Shown piece after piece: positions 13,700 through 25,792 of a stretch of DNA of 64,000 nt. Under the pieces are notes generated by a model. It worked only from the letters and a program-made list of their open reading frames with translations. It did not search any database and was not told the origin of the DNA. Within the stretch, counting starts at the first letter, position 1, and each line of letters opens with the position of its first letter. The translations under genes and the position numbers were made by a program. Origin of the DNA: Octopus sinensis (lineage: Eukaryota); assembly GCF_006345805.1 (NCBI RefSeq), contig NC_042998.1, positions 35,154,001 through 35,218,000 of the forward strand. Reading direction: 5' to 3'.

Positions 13700-14300
13700 A
13701 TTAGTTCGCCCACTATTTTCATCACAGTATGTTTCTTCAACAGCGCATTGAAAGATACCAAGCAACCATGATTACATCTCAACTTTTCCAGCCATGCACA
13801 GCGTGAAATTAAAATCTCGTTTAATTAATTTCTATAATTTGGAGCGTAAGACCCCATAAGTTTCTCCATTCACGACTGCACCAGATGCGTAACATTTATA
13901 TCCTGTCCATTTGAAGGCTGGTAATACTCCACACTTGATGAATTATCCTATCCCCAACTCAAAAATCAAATTCAGAAACCATATGTCAAGGATGGTGTTG
14001 TTGCTGTGCTTACAAAAATTATTGAATCCAACCAAATTCCTTGCTCACCAACACTCAAGGACTTCTATCTCACAGCTGAATTTGCTGTTACTTGTCTTGG
14101 TATGATCTCCCGCAATTACAACGATATTTGCTTCACTGAACTAACAAGTTGAATACTATTTCCTCAAGATACACGCCATGAATCCGTTAATTATCTTTCC
14201 CTCGTTATGGCTACTGTTACTCACCGTGCAGGTTCTCTGCAATTGCTTCTTCTCCATCGGAGACGTAATCCTGAGAATTTTGTTTTTCTCAGACGTCATC
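13700..14300 (-). pseudogene. Degenerate LINE AP-endonuclease domain (RTE-like)
   Basis: Broken minus-strand translation includes IVVIAGD...NLVGFNNFCKHSNNTILDIWF...YGVLRSKL, resembling the APE GDFN / N..G..L..FC...I.NT.F motifs. Confidence 0.5.
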
Positions 14301-14789
14301 ATACAGAGGTAGTTTGAAATTTAACATTTACCATTTTAATTTTCTCAGTCTGCTGGCGAATTTTCCCATAAATTATGTCGAGATATTAGTTTATATAGAT
14401 AATAAAAAGCTAATCCGTGTTTACGTTTAATTATTGTAATAATGCTGATTTGAAGTCCACACAATTTGGAATAACAACGTAATAACTACTCTGTAGCACT
14501 GGTCGATGCGTCTGATAACTGCAAAGCCACCTTCAGATAAAAATCCTTTTATCCACACGAAAATGCTTTTTGAGAGATTGCATAATCCCGGGATTAATGT
14601 AAGCATGTATTTGCTTCTCAGTCATAAATCAACAATCAAAACTATCATGATCTAACAAAAACCGTTTGCACACAAAAAAGTAAAAGATGATATCCATATA
14701 AAATATATTAAGACTGTAAACATCAATTTTCTAAAGAAATGTAAAAGATAAATAAAGAGAAAGAGATATTATTTCCATTGCGTTCCATT

Positions 14790-14809
14790 ACTATCTCTTT
14801 CTCTCAATT

Positions 14810-14844
<35 letters not shown>

Positions 14845-15441
14845 TTCCTTTTACTCTCCCTGTCTCTGTCTTGTTCCTTTTACTCTCTCTCTCTCTGTCT
14901 TTTTCTTTTTACTCTCTCACTCTCTCTCTCTCTTCTTTTTACTCTCTCTCTCTCTTTCTTTTCTCTCTCTCTCTCTCTGTCTTCTTTTTACTCTCTCTCT
15001 CTTTCTTTTCTCTCTCTCTATCTTTCTCACTCTCTTTCTCGCTCTTTCTTACTATCTCACTCTCTTTCTTCCTTTCCCTCATTCTCTATCCGTATCTTTC
15101 TCTCATTCTCTGTCCCCTTCTCTCTCTCTGTCCTTTTCCTTTTACTCTCTCTCTCTCTCTCTCTGTTTTTTTTACTCTCTCTCTGTTTTTTCCTTTTACT
15201 CTCTTTCTCTCTCTGTTTTTCTTTTTACTCTCTCTCCCTCTGTCTTTTTCTTTTTACTCTCTCTCTGTCTTTTTCTTTTTCTCTCTCTCACTCTCTTTCT
15301 TGCTCTTTCTTACTCTCTCATTTTCACTCTCTCTCTCTTTCCCACATTCTCTGTCCCTGTTTCTTTCTCTCAGTCTCTGCCCACTTCTCTCTTCTCTCTC
15401 TCTCTCTCTCTCCCCCTCTCTCTCTCTCTCTCTCTCTCACA

Positions 15442-15472
<31 letters not shown>

Positions 15473-15480
15473 TCTCATTC
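14790..15480. repeat. About 700-bp polypyrimidine (CT/CTTTT) tract
   Basis: Almost exclusively C/T on the + strand, with recurring TTTTTACTCTCTC units. The 262-aa ORF is an artefact. Confidence 0.95.
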
Positions 15481-16315
15481 GGGGCTTGGTGAGTCTTTTA
15501 GGCTTCAGAAAATCTACCTTTATTGATTTTTATAATTCTGACATTTATTCCTCTAACCAAACATAATTTGCTTTATTATTGCTCATGTCTCGTTTTCAAA
15601 GTGATTTATTATTCCCACTCGAAGTTGCAATTTCCAGATTTTTGAAAGTTTTCAAAGGCTCTTTGAGGAATTCAAAGTAGGATCTGATAAATTCTGTTAA
15701 ATATAGAAGACAAGACAAGAAGTAATCCTTCTTATACATCCCCCCACTGCAATAAAAGGCATCTAAATCAGTGATACTCAACTATTTTTAACCTGTGGAA
15801 TCCTTTGATTCTGAGTAAATTACTTAGGTGGGCGGAACGACAGAATCATTCGATGTCTAAAACCTCTTATGAATGAATATTATTACGAATTGGGCGAAAA
15901 ATGGTTTAAATATGTTGTGTATTGCAAAAGAATACCGAATTTATGGCGCATAAATTTTAACACCAAAATCTTATATGAATGCACAAGGGTCAAATGGAAT
16001 CGGTTGGGAGCCAGTGATCTAAATAAACATTCCATCAAACCATATTGATCACTGATGATATAGGAAGCCATAAAATACTGGATTTATAATTAAACATGTT
16101 TATTATAATATATTTTTAATACAAATCCTACTTTGCCTTTTGATCTTTCAAGAATGACAGAATAAAAAGCAGTAATCCCATCCATCATAATTCCAACTCC
16201 AGCAACATGTAGTGACATTATAACGCTCTGACAAAATTCTCTGTGCAGTCAATCATTAAAAAATTGAAAGTGGAGTTCTGTCTGTTTGCTTTGATTTGTC
16301 TCTTTGTCTAATGTA

Positions 16316-16560
16316 GGCGCAGGTGTGACTGTGTGCTAAGAGGCTTGCTTCCTGACCACATGGTTTCGGTTTCGGTCTCGCTGCATGGTATCTTTTCGGC
16401 GAGTGTTTTCTGATGTAGCCTTTGGTCGACCGACGCCTTCAGTGGAATTGGTCGACAGAAATTGAAATAATCCCATCGTAATATATACGTGTGTGTGTGT
16501 GTGTATGAGGGTATTTTTCCCCGACCACCGCTTGATAACTTTTGTTGGTGTGTTTACGCC
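16316..16560 (+). mobile_element. SINE family A 5' part
   Basis: GGCGCAGG.GTG.CTGTGTG.TAAG.GCTTGCTTCC.ACCACATGG head plus (GT)n middle. Confidence 0.75.
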
Positions 16561-16562
16561 CA

Positions 16563-16720
16563 CGCTGCAGCATCGCTTTTAGTCGAAGAAATCGACCCCA
16601 GGGTTTATTCTTTGTAAGCCTAGTACTTATTCTATCAGTCACTTTTGTCAAACGGCTAAGTTACATGGACGTAAGCGCAGCAACATCGGTTGTCAAGCGA
16701 TGATGGGGGTACAAACACAC
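16563..16720 (-). mobile_element. SINE family A 3' part, inverted relative to neighbour
   Basis: Matches the minus-strand tail at 29930-30080. Confidence 0.75.
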
Positions 16721-16738
16721 ACACATACACACACACAC

Positions 16739-16788
<50 letters not shown>

Positions 16789-16954
16789 TATATACATGCA
16801 TATATTTATACCATATATATATACACATATATATACATACATATATATAGACATAAATCTATATATGTATACAAGTATATATACACATACATATGTGCAG
16901 ATGTATATACACATATATACATGCATATATATACATATACATATATATATACAT

Positions 16955-17014
<60 letters not shown>

Positions 17015-17129
17015 TGCGTGTATGTGTATGCATGTACATCTGTGAGATAATAGCTTCACTTCAATAGTTTGAGTATTAATATCGAAACTATTAAACTGAA
17101 AGTATCTAACATTACAATAGAGATGTTAT

Positions 17130-17372
17130 TGTTTCACTTTTGACATGTAATACTGAAATAGTGTAAGAGATGAGAGATTGTTCCGAGCTCGCATTAGGCA
17201 AGAAGTTGAAATTTTTTTTGGCCCATGATACTGCATGGACCCGAAGTAATCACGTGTAAAATTTGAATGAAATCAGCTGGGTAGTTCTCGAGTTTTAGTG
17301 ATGCACACATACAGACACACAGATAGACAGAGAGACAGATACACACACCCACACACATTCTCAGCTAGATAT
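17130..17372. mobile_element. Possible Helentron/DINE-like non-autonomous element end
   Basis: AAATTTGAATGAAATC.G.TGGGTAGTT.TCGAGTTTTAG followed by a (CAGA)n-like tract and ACATTCTCAG. Confidence 0.4.
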
Positions 17373-17559
17373 AGATGAACGTTACGTGTGTTCAGTTAGT
17401 AAAATGTTCACGATCTCTAAGAAAGTAATGACTTTAGCAGGCTAGACTGTATAATGTAAGTTGCTGATATATCCTACTTAATAGTGTGTCAGATGATGGA
17501 TTAGGAAAACAGGAGCAGATGCAGATTTGAGAAATTTCAAGTAAAAGTAGTTTTATGTA

Positions 17560-18300
17560 ACTCATTGTTGAATGTTAGGATTTACAAAGTAGCTGACAAG
17601 GTGTGGGATCTATGGATTTATTGCTCACTAGATGTTTATTTCAACGAAAATAAATTCTCTTTACTGCTTAGTCGGAAAAGTAAGGAAGGATAGAAGTCAT
17701 GACAATGTTACAAGGCTTCAGCGATTGATGGAAGAGAAAGGAACATAGCAGAATGAACCCTCCATCAGCAAGCATTATATTTACTATGCCATATTTGATG
17801 CTTATCTCATACATGCAAAATAAGATGCTTAAGAGTCATGAACACTCACTGTTTCCAGATTTCTGGAAGGAAAGGAATCGAACCATATTCTTATCGTTTG
17901 GAGAATCATTAAATGACTTTGAGTTATACTTAAAGCCGGAATACTGCCGGGAGACACACTCGCCCCATTTCTCTTCATCGTTGTCGTTGACTATGTGCTA
18001 CATGTGTCAGTTGATACCATTTCTGGTAAGGGCTTTGAAATAAAACCTAGAAGAAGTTCTAGACACCTAGCTGAACACTTAACAATGATGATGATACGAG
18101 AAACACTGAATGTTTAGCTCGCTGAATCCGTTTCAGAGTGTGTGATATTCTGAGATGCACAACGGGTTTTACAGATATCGTGTTATCTTCCTTGCTGGAC
18201 ATTGTAAGCGCGAGAATTGGGAGAGGATATAAATGATACTGTCCTGGAATGTGAAGAGGGGGGTCTCTGCCATGAGTTTCTTTGAGGTACAGCAGGACTC
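17560..18300 (+). pseudogene. Degenerate RTE-clade LINE reverse transcriptase fragment
   Basis: Translation AGILPGDTLAPFLFIVVVDYVLHVSVDTISGKGFEIKPRRSSRHLAEHLT matches the RTE GVLQGDTLAPFLF..V.DY motif. Confidence 0.75.
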
Positions 18301-20096
18301 AGATATTGATATACGATGTTCATTGTGGCATCCCTTCACCTACGAACGATATTAACCGGATAACGGTTTTGTAGATCATTACTCGTTGACGTGAATCAGA
18401 TCCGACCAGTAAAGAAGACATTCCGGTGTGAAGAACGTATGTGAGGATGGAGAAGAAACTGATTACACAAATGGTAAATATAATGTCAAAGAGACCACAG
18501 TGGGGCTCTTTCAGTGTCTGGCTGAAGACTCAACCTTCCAGATTACAATGGTCAGAATAATCTGAGGTTCATTTCTCGATTCCATTGTGTTGGAACAGCT
18601 TATCTCCTACGATGTGACACTGGTCTCTCACTAAAGAAGCTGATCTCTCGAAGGTAGCTTTCTCCGAATGGAGAAATTGAACTCGATAGTGCAAGCTAAG
18701 AAAACATTCATCAAATTACCAGTCCTGTTTTTTTTTTTTACTCTCTGGTACCTATTTAAATCTAAGGTGATTGATTCGTTATTTTTGAAATGTCCTCATA
18801 ATAGATCATATCGACTCGATTAAACACTCTCTTTGATACCAAATAAACGTAAGTATTGCATTTCAGGTCCCTCTAAAACATTAGCCCTACTTCAAAAGAA
18901 ATTTCCCCTCATCACCAATGTAAATAAATCAATTATAAAATAAATGTTCTATCAATACTCTCAATCAATCACAAATTAGACCAAATTATTTCGCTTATAA
19001 AAAAATGTCTTTGAAACAGTTGTTTGTTCAACCGAAATAAAATATGCAAAGCTGACAAACATATTGAGATATGGCGATTGTGTCTACTTCAATGAAAAGA
19101 ACCCAATTAAAGTCTTATCTGCTTTTTTCGAATTCTACAGCAAATTATGGCCTGTCAAGTAACACATTTTTCATATCTAATTTCAATATCTTATCTAATT
19201 ACAAATTCTTCAGCAAAGGCCACTCATTAGCCACTCTATTTCCACCAATATCATCCAATTAACTGCGTAGAAGAGTCTTGTTAGACCCTATGCATCTTCT
19301 GAAATATCCCTAGACCTAATGAAGCTATTGATGTAGCATCAAGTTCCAAAGTTAACATTTCATCATAGCAGTGTACGTAACACGCCAACCAGAGCAACTT
19401 TCATCAGAGATGATTTGGTGGTGTATTTAAAGTTGTTGGGGTGTATTTTTTCTTACGCTAATTTAGAAACATTCGAGATTTCTCCCCCCACCCCCATCCC
19501 CGCAGCACGGATGTTTCTGAGAGCAGATCATTTGTTGTATTTTTGTCCAGTATTTGCCTTATAATTCAATATTCAAATCAAATATTTTCATCTTAAAATT
19601 TACTTATAAATGCACGAATATGGCGGTTAATCTACAATATTGTTTTCACTAAGACGTTTTCTTTCTTTTAACATATCCTAACTAGGCTATCCAAATACCG
19701 AGAGAATTTAGAACCCACCTGGAACTAATTTACTATTTATAGGGAGCAGCATCACAATATCACGATAGCAAAATAATATAACAGATCTTTAAAAGATACC
19801 GAATCTATATTTTGACTGTCAGGTGACAATAACAAGCCACAGACATCACATTAAATTTTTACAGTCTTTTATGCATAAATGGGAATAAGAAATCCTCGTT
19901 ACTGTGGGCAGCGTCAATAATTCAGCATGAACAGAAAGAGTAACCTTACAGATTGTTGATTTTTGTGTAGTTAATATTAAAATGTTTTCTTCTAGGAGAT
20001 AAGCACTGTTATTTACCCCATGTTGAATTCGGATCGTAGACATGTATCGCATAATTAAGCATTGTCATGTTTTAAGCATGAAGATACGTATGAAAC

Positions 20097-20376
20097 AGTT
20101 CTATATTTAAGAGATGAGGAATTATGTACATTATTTACATTTGGCATATGGCGTAATGGTTAAGAGAGCGGGCTGCTAACCCCAAGATTCCGAGTTCGAT
20201 TCCAGGCACTGACCTAAATAATAATAATAATAATATCGAAAAATACCTTAGGAATGAGAACCCAGGTTCAAAATTTTCCCAAGACACCTGATGAAGGCTG
20301 GAGGGTATATCATACGAAATGTTGTGTTAACAACAAACAAGATGAGGACAAATATCCGTCAAATGTAAATAATGTA
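20097..20376 (+). mobile_element. tRNA-Ser-like headed hammerhead element (family H) with inverted 3' tail at its 5' end
   Basis: A box TGGCGTAATGG, B box GAGTTCGATTCC, CTGCTAA loop, CTGATGA core at 20288. Segment 20097-20143 is the reverse complement of the family 3' tail. Confidence 0.8.
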
Positions 20377-20469
20377 GATATGAATGAAGTTTCACTTTCC
20401 AAAGGCCTTTGCAATAGGACCGGAACGGAGAATGGGTCCAATTCTTTACACTTGGGAAACTTTGAGCAC

Positions 20470-21070
20470 TCTTGTGGATGATTTAGAATCGTTAAAAAGC
20501 AACGCAGGGTTTTTGTTGTCTCCTTAGAAAGAAAGGAACTTGAAGAAAGTGTAACAGTAAACTATTACGAAACTTTGTTTCGAGTTAGCATTTTATTTCA
20601 AAGTGGATGGTACCGCCTCTTATTTTCATGACATTAATGGGCTTTTTGTAAATTTATCTGAAAGGCATGTTGTTAGCCAATGGTGCATTATATAAATCTA
20701 TTACTTCAAAGTTTAACAGATGCTTCTTTTGCATATCGAAAATGTAAAACCATCTGACTCTACCTTTTATTCAACACATTTAAGAGAATCTTATGTTAAC
20801 AGGCAAATTCCTTTTAATGTAATTCAATACAACGATCACCAATGGAATCTTTGCGAAGATCTTAAAGTAATCGCTATGTTAATGGGTATACATGGAACAT
20901 TCACCAAGTATTGCTGTTGTCTATGTTGGTAGGACATTCGCCATTACAGTGCATTTATAATAGAAGAACGTAGTCAATCAGATTATCATGCACATCTGGA
21001 ATACATGACATTCAATAAGTTCTTTTATTTTATCCGAAGAAATCATTTTACCGCCTTCCGTAATTAAAAT
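20470..21070 (+). pseudogene. Degenerate DNA transposase, CMC/Chapaev3-like
   Basis: LLLHIENVKPS...STHLRESY...IQYNDHQWNLCEDLKVIAMLMGIHGTFTKYCCCLCW*D resembles VLLHNGN..HS..LKE.Y...W.IC.DLK...LLG.Q.G.TK.PCFLC.WD. Family assignment is from memory. Confidence 0.7.
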
Positions 21071-21861
21071 ATCTGATTAGGTTATAGAGAAAGAGTGTTA
21101 AATAATTCAGTTCCTCTCAAAATATATTACTAGATTTAATTGCCACAAATACATGTAAAGCTTTATATTCAAAATATATCAGAAGATAAAATTTTCGACG
21201 AAACACCCCCTGCTCCTTAACGAAAATTTTGGCATTTTTTTTCAAAAAAAGGTCTGGGTTTGCTTTTTTATATATATAACAATTTCAGGTGTTCATATTT
21301 TCGAAACCAATTCTGACTTTCAAAGACATGAGATATCGTGTCCCACCTAGATTACATTTCTTACGTTTACACCTGGATGTCTTTTTAAGAGATTTCCCGG
21401 TGTCTGGAAATATGTAGTTGAGTTGGTCTGCTCACCGATTTTTATCCTGATATGTAGAAAAAAAATAATAATGTCTGTATTTAGAAAAACCAAATATAAT
21501 CTTTGTAATTTGTTTAAATACTACATGAAGTAAAAAAAAATAATAATATGAGTTTATCGTTTGGAATTAGCTCTAAACAAAGTCAAACTTTCGTAATTAG
21601 GCTACAACAATGAATGACCAATCAGATTCGCTTCAGTGAAAATAAGATTTATGACGTTTATATTTTTCCAGGAAAACAGCTACAATCAAGAAACGATTCC
21701 TTCTTCCATATTCGAGCTTACCAGTGCAAGAGTCATGTAGCACAAAGAACATATTAAATAGAGGTGCGTAAGATGAGTTCTTCGGAGACAAATCCTATGG
21801 TGTCCCTGTTATTTCATTATTGTAACTTCTCTTTGCAATCTTCCCAAATGTTAGCGATAAT

Positions 21862-22397
21862 CCTTTCCACTATTGGCACAAGGCCTGAAATTTCGGGGGA
21901 GGGGACTAATTAGTCGATTACATCGACTCCAGTGTTTCACTGTTACTTATTTAATCGACCCCGAAAGGATGAAAGGCAAAATTGACCTCGGTGGAATTTG
22001 AACTCAGAACGTGAAAATAGACGAAATACATATTTCCTATTTCTTTACTATCCACAAGGGGCTAAACACAGAGGGGACAAACAAGGACAGACAAACGGAT
22101 GAAGTCGATTATATCGACCCCAGTGCGTAACTGGTACTTATTTAATCGAACGTAACGGCAGATGAAATACCTATTTCTACCCATAAGGGGTTAAACACAG
22201 AGAGGACAAACAAGGACAGACAAACGGATGAAGTCGATTATATCGACCCCAGTGCGTAACTGGTACTTATTTAATCGACCCCGAAAGGATGAAAGGCAAA
22301 GTCTTGCTCGGCGGAATTTCAACTCAACGTAGCGACAGACGAAATACCGCTAAGCATTTCGCCCAGCGTGCTAACGTATCTGCCAGCTCGCTGCCTT
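21862..22397 (-). mobile_element. SINE family B trimer with 17-bp target-site duplication
   Basis: Three core units in tandem, flanked by CAAATGTTAGCGATAAT (about 21845) and CAAACGTTAGCGATAAT (about 22398). Confidence 0.85.
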
Positions 22398-22934
22398 CAA
22401 ACGTTAGCGATAATGTCAAGAGGTTAGTTCTACCCTCTTTTCTATAACCTCACTTTTCAGTGTAACATTCACATGCTTTATGAAACGCTGATTAATAAAC
22501 TAATGTTCCCTGTAAAAGAATGCCATAAAGTGTCCCCTCGATGATTCATTTCAGTCAGGTATCAAAATGCACTTGGAACTATGCTGAGCTCCAAATGACT
22601 GCCGCGGTGAAACGTATGTAGGAACCGAATATTTACGCTGGTGTTTATCTTCATATGCTTTGTATATCATAACTAGTAACACTACTAAGTACAATAGCCG
22701 ACTGACCACTATGTTGGTGGCCGACTCCATCTTGATAATCTACATGGAGCTCTATCTCATATAGAAGTGGTCGACACTTACTGTACACACAATATAACAA
22801 ACTAAGTTTGAGAGAATAATTCTTAATTTTTGACATTATCTCCTCCTTCCTTTGAGGGTTGCAAAACATAAGCAGGATTTTGTTTCCTTTTGTGAGCCAG
22901 AAACGAGAGTAATTTCGATTTCAAGCTTTGGTAC

Positions 22935-23130
22935 AAAGCCAGCAATTTTGTAGGAGGGCTAAGTCGATTACATCGACCCCAGTGCTCAACAGGTACTTCT
23001 TTCATCGACCCCGAAAGGACGAAAGGTAAAGTCAACCCGGGCAGCATTTGAACTCAGAACATAAAGGTTGAAGAAATGCCGTTAAGCATTTTGTCCTGTA
23101 CAGTGACGATTCTACCAGCTGGCCGCCTTA
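22935..23130 (-). mobile_element. SINE family B monomer
   Basis: Core GTCGATTACATCGACCCCAGTG...ATTTGAACTCAGAAC plus head CCAGCTGGCCGCCTT. Confidence 0.8.
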
Positions 23131-23267
23131 AGCTAAGAAAGAGTTATCAATCAATTCATTTTTTTATTCTTTAGCGGAAAGGTTCAGTACATTTTCCCCA
23201 TAATTTTCTCAACAGATGGTTGTTGGTTTAAAAGTAAGATTTACATATATCTTTTATCTTTCAACTT

Positions 23268-23455
23268 TTACTTGTTTCAGGCATTAGAATGCGGCCATGC
23301 TGGGGCACCGCGTTGAAGAATTTTTAATCCAATCAATCAACCTCAGTACCTACTTATAAACCTGGTACTAATTCTATCAGTCTCTTTTTGCCCAACCACT
23401 AAGTTATAGGGGCGTAAATAAACTAACACTAGTTGTCAAGTGGTACGGCGGGACA
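23268..23455 (-). mobile_element. SINE family A 3' half
   Basis: GCGGCCATGCTGGGGCACCGC...GTTGTCAAG. Confidence 0.7.
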
Positions 23456-23483
23456 AATGCAAACTCATACATACACACAGCTG

Positions 23484-23514
<31 letters not shown>

Positions 23515-23540
23515 AAATATATGTATATATATTTATATAT

Positions 23541-24557
23541 GTGGCCACCCTTGCTAGCTATGCAGATGACACAAAAGTCTCCCGCACAATGCAAAACGCT
23601 GGAAATATCGCACATCTGCAACAGGAGTTGGATACAATATACAGGTGGACTGAGGACAACAACATGTAGTTTAATGCAGGGAAGTTACAGGCCATGCGCT
23701 ACCGGCACACAAAGGTAAACGACATGCAGACTGGATACACTGGCCCGGGAAGAATTGTAATTTCTGAGTCAAAATCAGTGCGTGACATGGGCATTGACAT
23801 GAGCAATGATGCATCTTTCCAAGTGCATATTACTAATTTGGTGATAAAATGCAGACGGCTAGCTGGATGGATTCTCCTAACTTTCAGAACAAGAGAGAAG
23901 GAGACATTGATGGTCCTTTGGAAAAATTTCGTCCTCAGCCGCTTGGACTACTGCCCCCAACTATGGTCACCACACAATATAAAGCTAACAGCAGAACTCG
24001 AAGCAATTCAAAGAAGCTACACTAAGAAGATCGTCTCAATGCAACATATCAGCTACTGGGAAATACTGAAACTATTAAAACTCTTTTCCCTAGAGCAAAG
24101 GCGGGAGAGATATGCAGTGATATACATCTGGAAAATCCTGGAGGGTCTTGTCCCAAACTTTGGCATTCAAAGTTACCCCAACCGCAGAACGGGGCGCCAC
24201 TGCATGGTGCCAAAGATTCCAACATCATCATCAAAATACAGGACCAGATACTGCAACAGCTTGGGTTTCAGAGGATCACAGCTCTTCAACAGCCTCCCTA
24301 AATGCCTGAGAGACTAGCATGGTGTGGATGTGGGTTTCTTTAAAACTAAACTGGATCTCTTCTTGTCAGGGTTCCCAGATGAACCTACCTCTCGGAAGGA
24401 GACACAGATGCGGGCAGCGGCATCGAACTCCCTTGTTGACCAAGTGCCACGTATCAGAGGTGGATTCACATACTAGTGCAGCTCATTCAACGGTGGTACC
24501 CCAGCATGGCCGCAGCCTTCGGGCTGAAACATTTTTAAGGATTTAAGGATTTAAGGA
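23541..24557 (+). mobile_element. 5'-truncated CR1-group LINE (RT C-terminus + 3' UTR)
   Basis: SYADDTK motif at about 23555; SRLDYCPQLWSP..ELEAIQRSYTK..SYWEILKLLKLFSLEQRRER; a few stops; ends in a (TTTAAGGA)3 tail. Confidence 0.9.
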
Positions 24558-24629
24558 TATATATATATATGTATGTGTATATATATATATAGAGAGAGAT
24601 ATAGATATAGATAAATATCAGCGAGAAAG

Positions 24630-25459
24630 ATAGAGATTGCGACAGTGGAGGAATTTGAAGAGGTTTTGAGAACTTTCTCCTCATTTCCAAAGATGACCGC
24701 TGCTACTACCAATTCCGCGTCGATATCTGGTGGTATTCCATCCACCCTAATCCTTGTGGTTCTTCTCCTCATATTAAGTGGGTAGAAGTGTTACCTTATC
24801 AGCTTTTATTGTCTTTGCAGCCATTCTTCTTGCTGTTTCCTCGTTTATATACTGTACCACCACTGTGGCATACTTGTTCCCTCTTGCGAGGAAGATTATT
24901 TCTTCTATTGTTTTTAGGGCTTCCTCTCCCGTTTCCATGTTTATTATATCCACTTTTTTCTTTTCGTTAGCAAATACTAGGTACGTTATTTGCTTTCTTT
25001 CCATCTTGTTCTTTTTCCTGTTCGACAGCAATAATTCCGCCTCCCCGTTTACCTTTTTAATCATATCTTGGCATTCCGGTAACTTATTTCCCTTTCCGCT
25101 GGTTTCGCTGCTCCTGCATATGTTCTTCCTTGTAAGACCATGTCCATCTTTCCTACCGCTTCCACTAATTCTTCTTCGGAAGACGATAAGTCCGACTCAC
25201 TGAACATTCTTCTTTTTGTCACCTCCATTCCTCCTCTTAACGAGGGAAAACTCATTTTCCTTCGTCTGTCTCAAACAGACAGACTAAATTCACCAGTGAA
25301 AATCAATAAAAACTAATAAACCTTATAACTAAAACCGACTTTTCAGAATTCCCAACAGAACCGAACGCGTAACGCCGTTTTCACAACGACATAACGTCTT
25401 CACCGCACGAGCTCAAAAAAGCACGTGTTGAATGACACCTGTAGTTGAACGCAGAGACT
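24630..25459 (-). mobile_element. 5' UTR + ORF1 N-terminal part of an L1/Tx1- or I-group-like LINE
   Basis: Three consecutive minus ORFs (25255-24551) read as one frameshifted protein with RTYAGAAK, YATVVVQY and TRIRVDGIPPDI (RRM-like ORF1 traits). Upstream GC-richer leader starts AGTC. Confidence 0.65.
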
Positions 25460-25479
25460 TGGAGCCTTACATGAGGTAT

Positions 25480-25792
25480 TAAAATGGAAAAAAAAAGAAA
25501 AGTAAAATTGTTTTGTTGAAAGAAAAAAAAGGAAAAAGTAAAAATGTTTCAATGAAAAAAGAAAGAGGAAAAAAAGAGATGATTAAGAAAAAACAATAGA
25601 AAAATAGAACGATTGTAAATAGTGTGTATAAACGTTCAAATGGCAATGGGGCCTATGCAGCCATTTCATTTTTATATAACATTGCATTCTCATTCTCATT
25701 CCTTTTATGTTTTATATCCCCATTGTGGTGTTGTGTCAGTCCTTGTAGTGTCCCCCCCCCCGTGTTGTGGCCGTGGTGCCAAATAAAGAAAT
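25480..25792 (+). mobile_element. Probable LINE 3' UTR end
   Basis: A-rich tract, then a C-run/GC segment, ending CCAAATAAAGAAA. Confidence 0.4.

Noticed and set aside
14778-15566. 262-aa Leu/Ser/Phe ORF
   Set aside because: Artefact of the CT-rich tract.
19350-19415. Minus-strand CTGATGAA...GAAATGTT
   Set aside because: Stem II cannot be paired.
20144-20215. Possible tRNA-Ser gene (also other tRNA-like heads)
   Set aside because: No complete acceptor stem or cloverleaf, and it is embedded in a repeated element, so it is a SINE head.
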